64,000 nucleotides of DNA from the human T2T-CHM13v2.0 reference genome, Homo sapiens, in the NCBI RefSeq assembly GCF_009914755.1, contig NC_060947.1; one strand, 5' to 3'. Below the pieces are notes generated by a model. It made no database searches. It had not been told where the DNA came from and was given only the letters and a program-made list of their open reading frames with translations. Of the stretch, positions 63,925 to 64,000 are shown one piece after another; position 1 is the first letter of the stretch, and every line of letters begins with the position of its first letter. A program made the translations under genes and the position numbers.

Positions 63925-64000
63925 CTAAAATGTAAGATTTTTGTCAACTTTCATTAAATACTACAAATTCAGTGATGAAGGGGAGACTAGCACAGGAATA

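Overview
Primate (most likely human or great-ape) AT-rich genomic DNA, dominated by interspersed repeats: Alu J/S/Y, a full-length L1PA5/6-type element, a near full-length L1PB-type element, older L1M fragments, ERV1/ERVL/MaLR LTRs, MER DNA transposons, MIR and L2. No intact protein-coding gene is present. All long ORFs in the track are decayed L1 ORF1/ORF2 or repeat antisense frames. The main signal lies in the non-repeat islands: about 20 minus-strand segments, most bounded by AG/GT splice signals, from about 63.9 kb down to about 1.7 kb. Their translations carry stops and frameshifts but follow, in the correct order, the dynein heavy chain motor domain from the AAA2 C-terminal part through AAA3 and AAA4 to the stalk CC1 and microtubule-binding domain. 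I interpret this as an ancient, unprocessed, probably unitary pseudogene of a divergent dynein heavy chain. This rests on by-eye comparison with remembered consensus motifs and needs a profile search. Secondary signals are an old MaLR LTR inside one fossil exon, a 117-bp identical tract with apparently private variants shared by two inverted L1 copies, an Alu+L1 unit inside one apparent TSD, and a twin-primed L1 with an internal duplication. Repeat subfamily names are by-eye calls.
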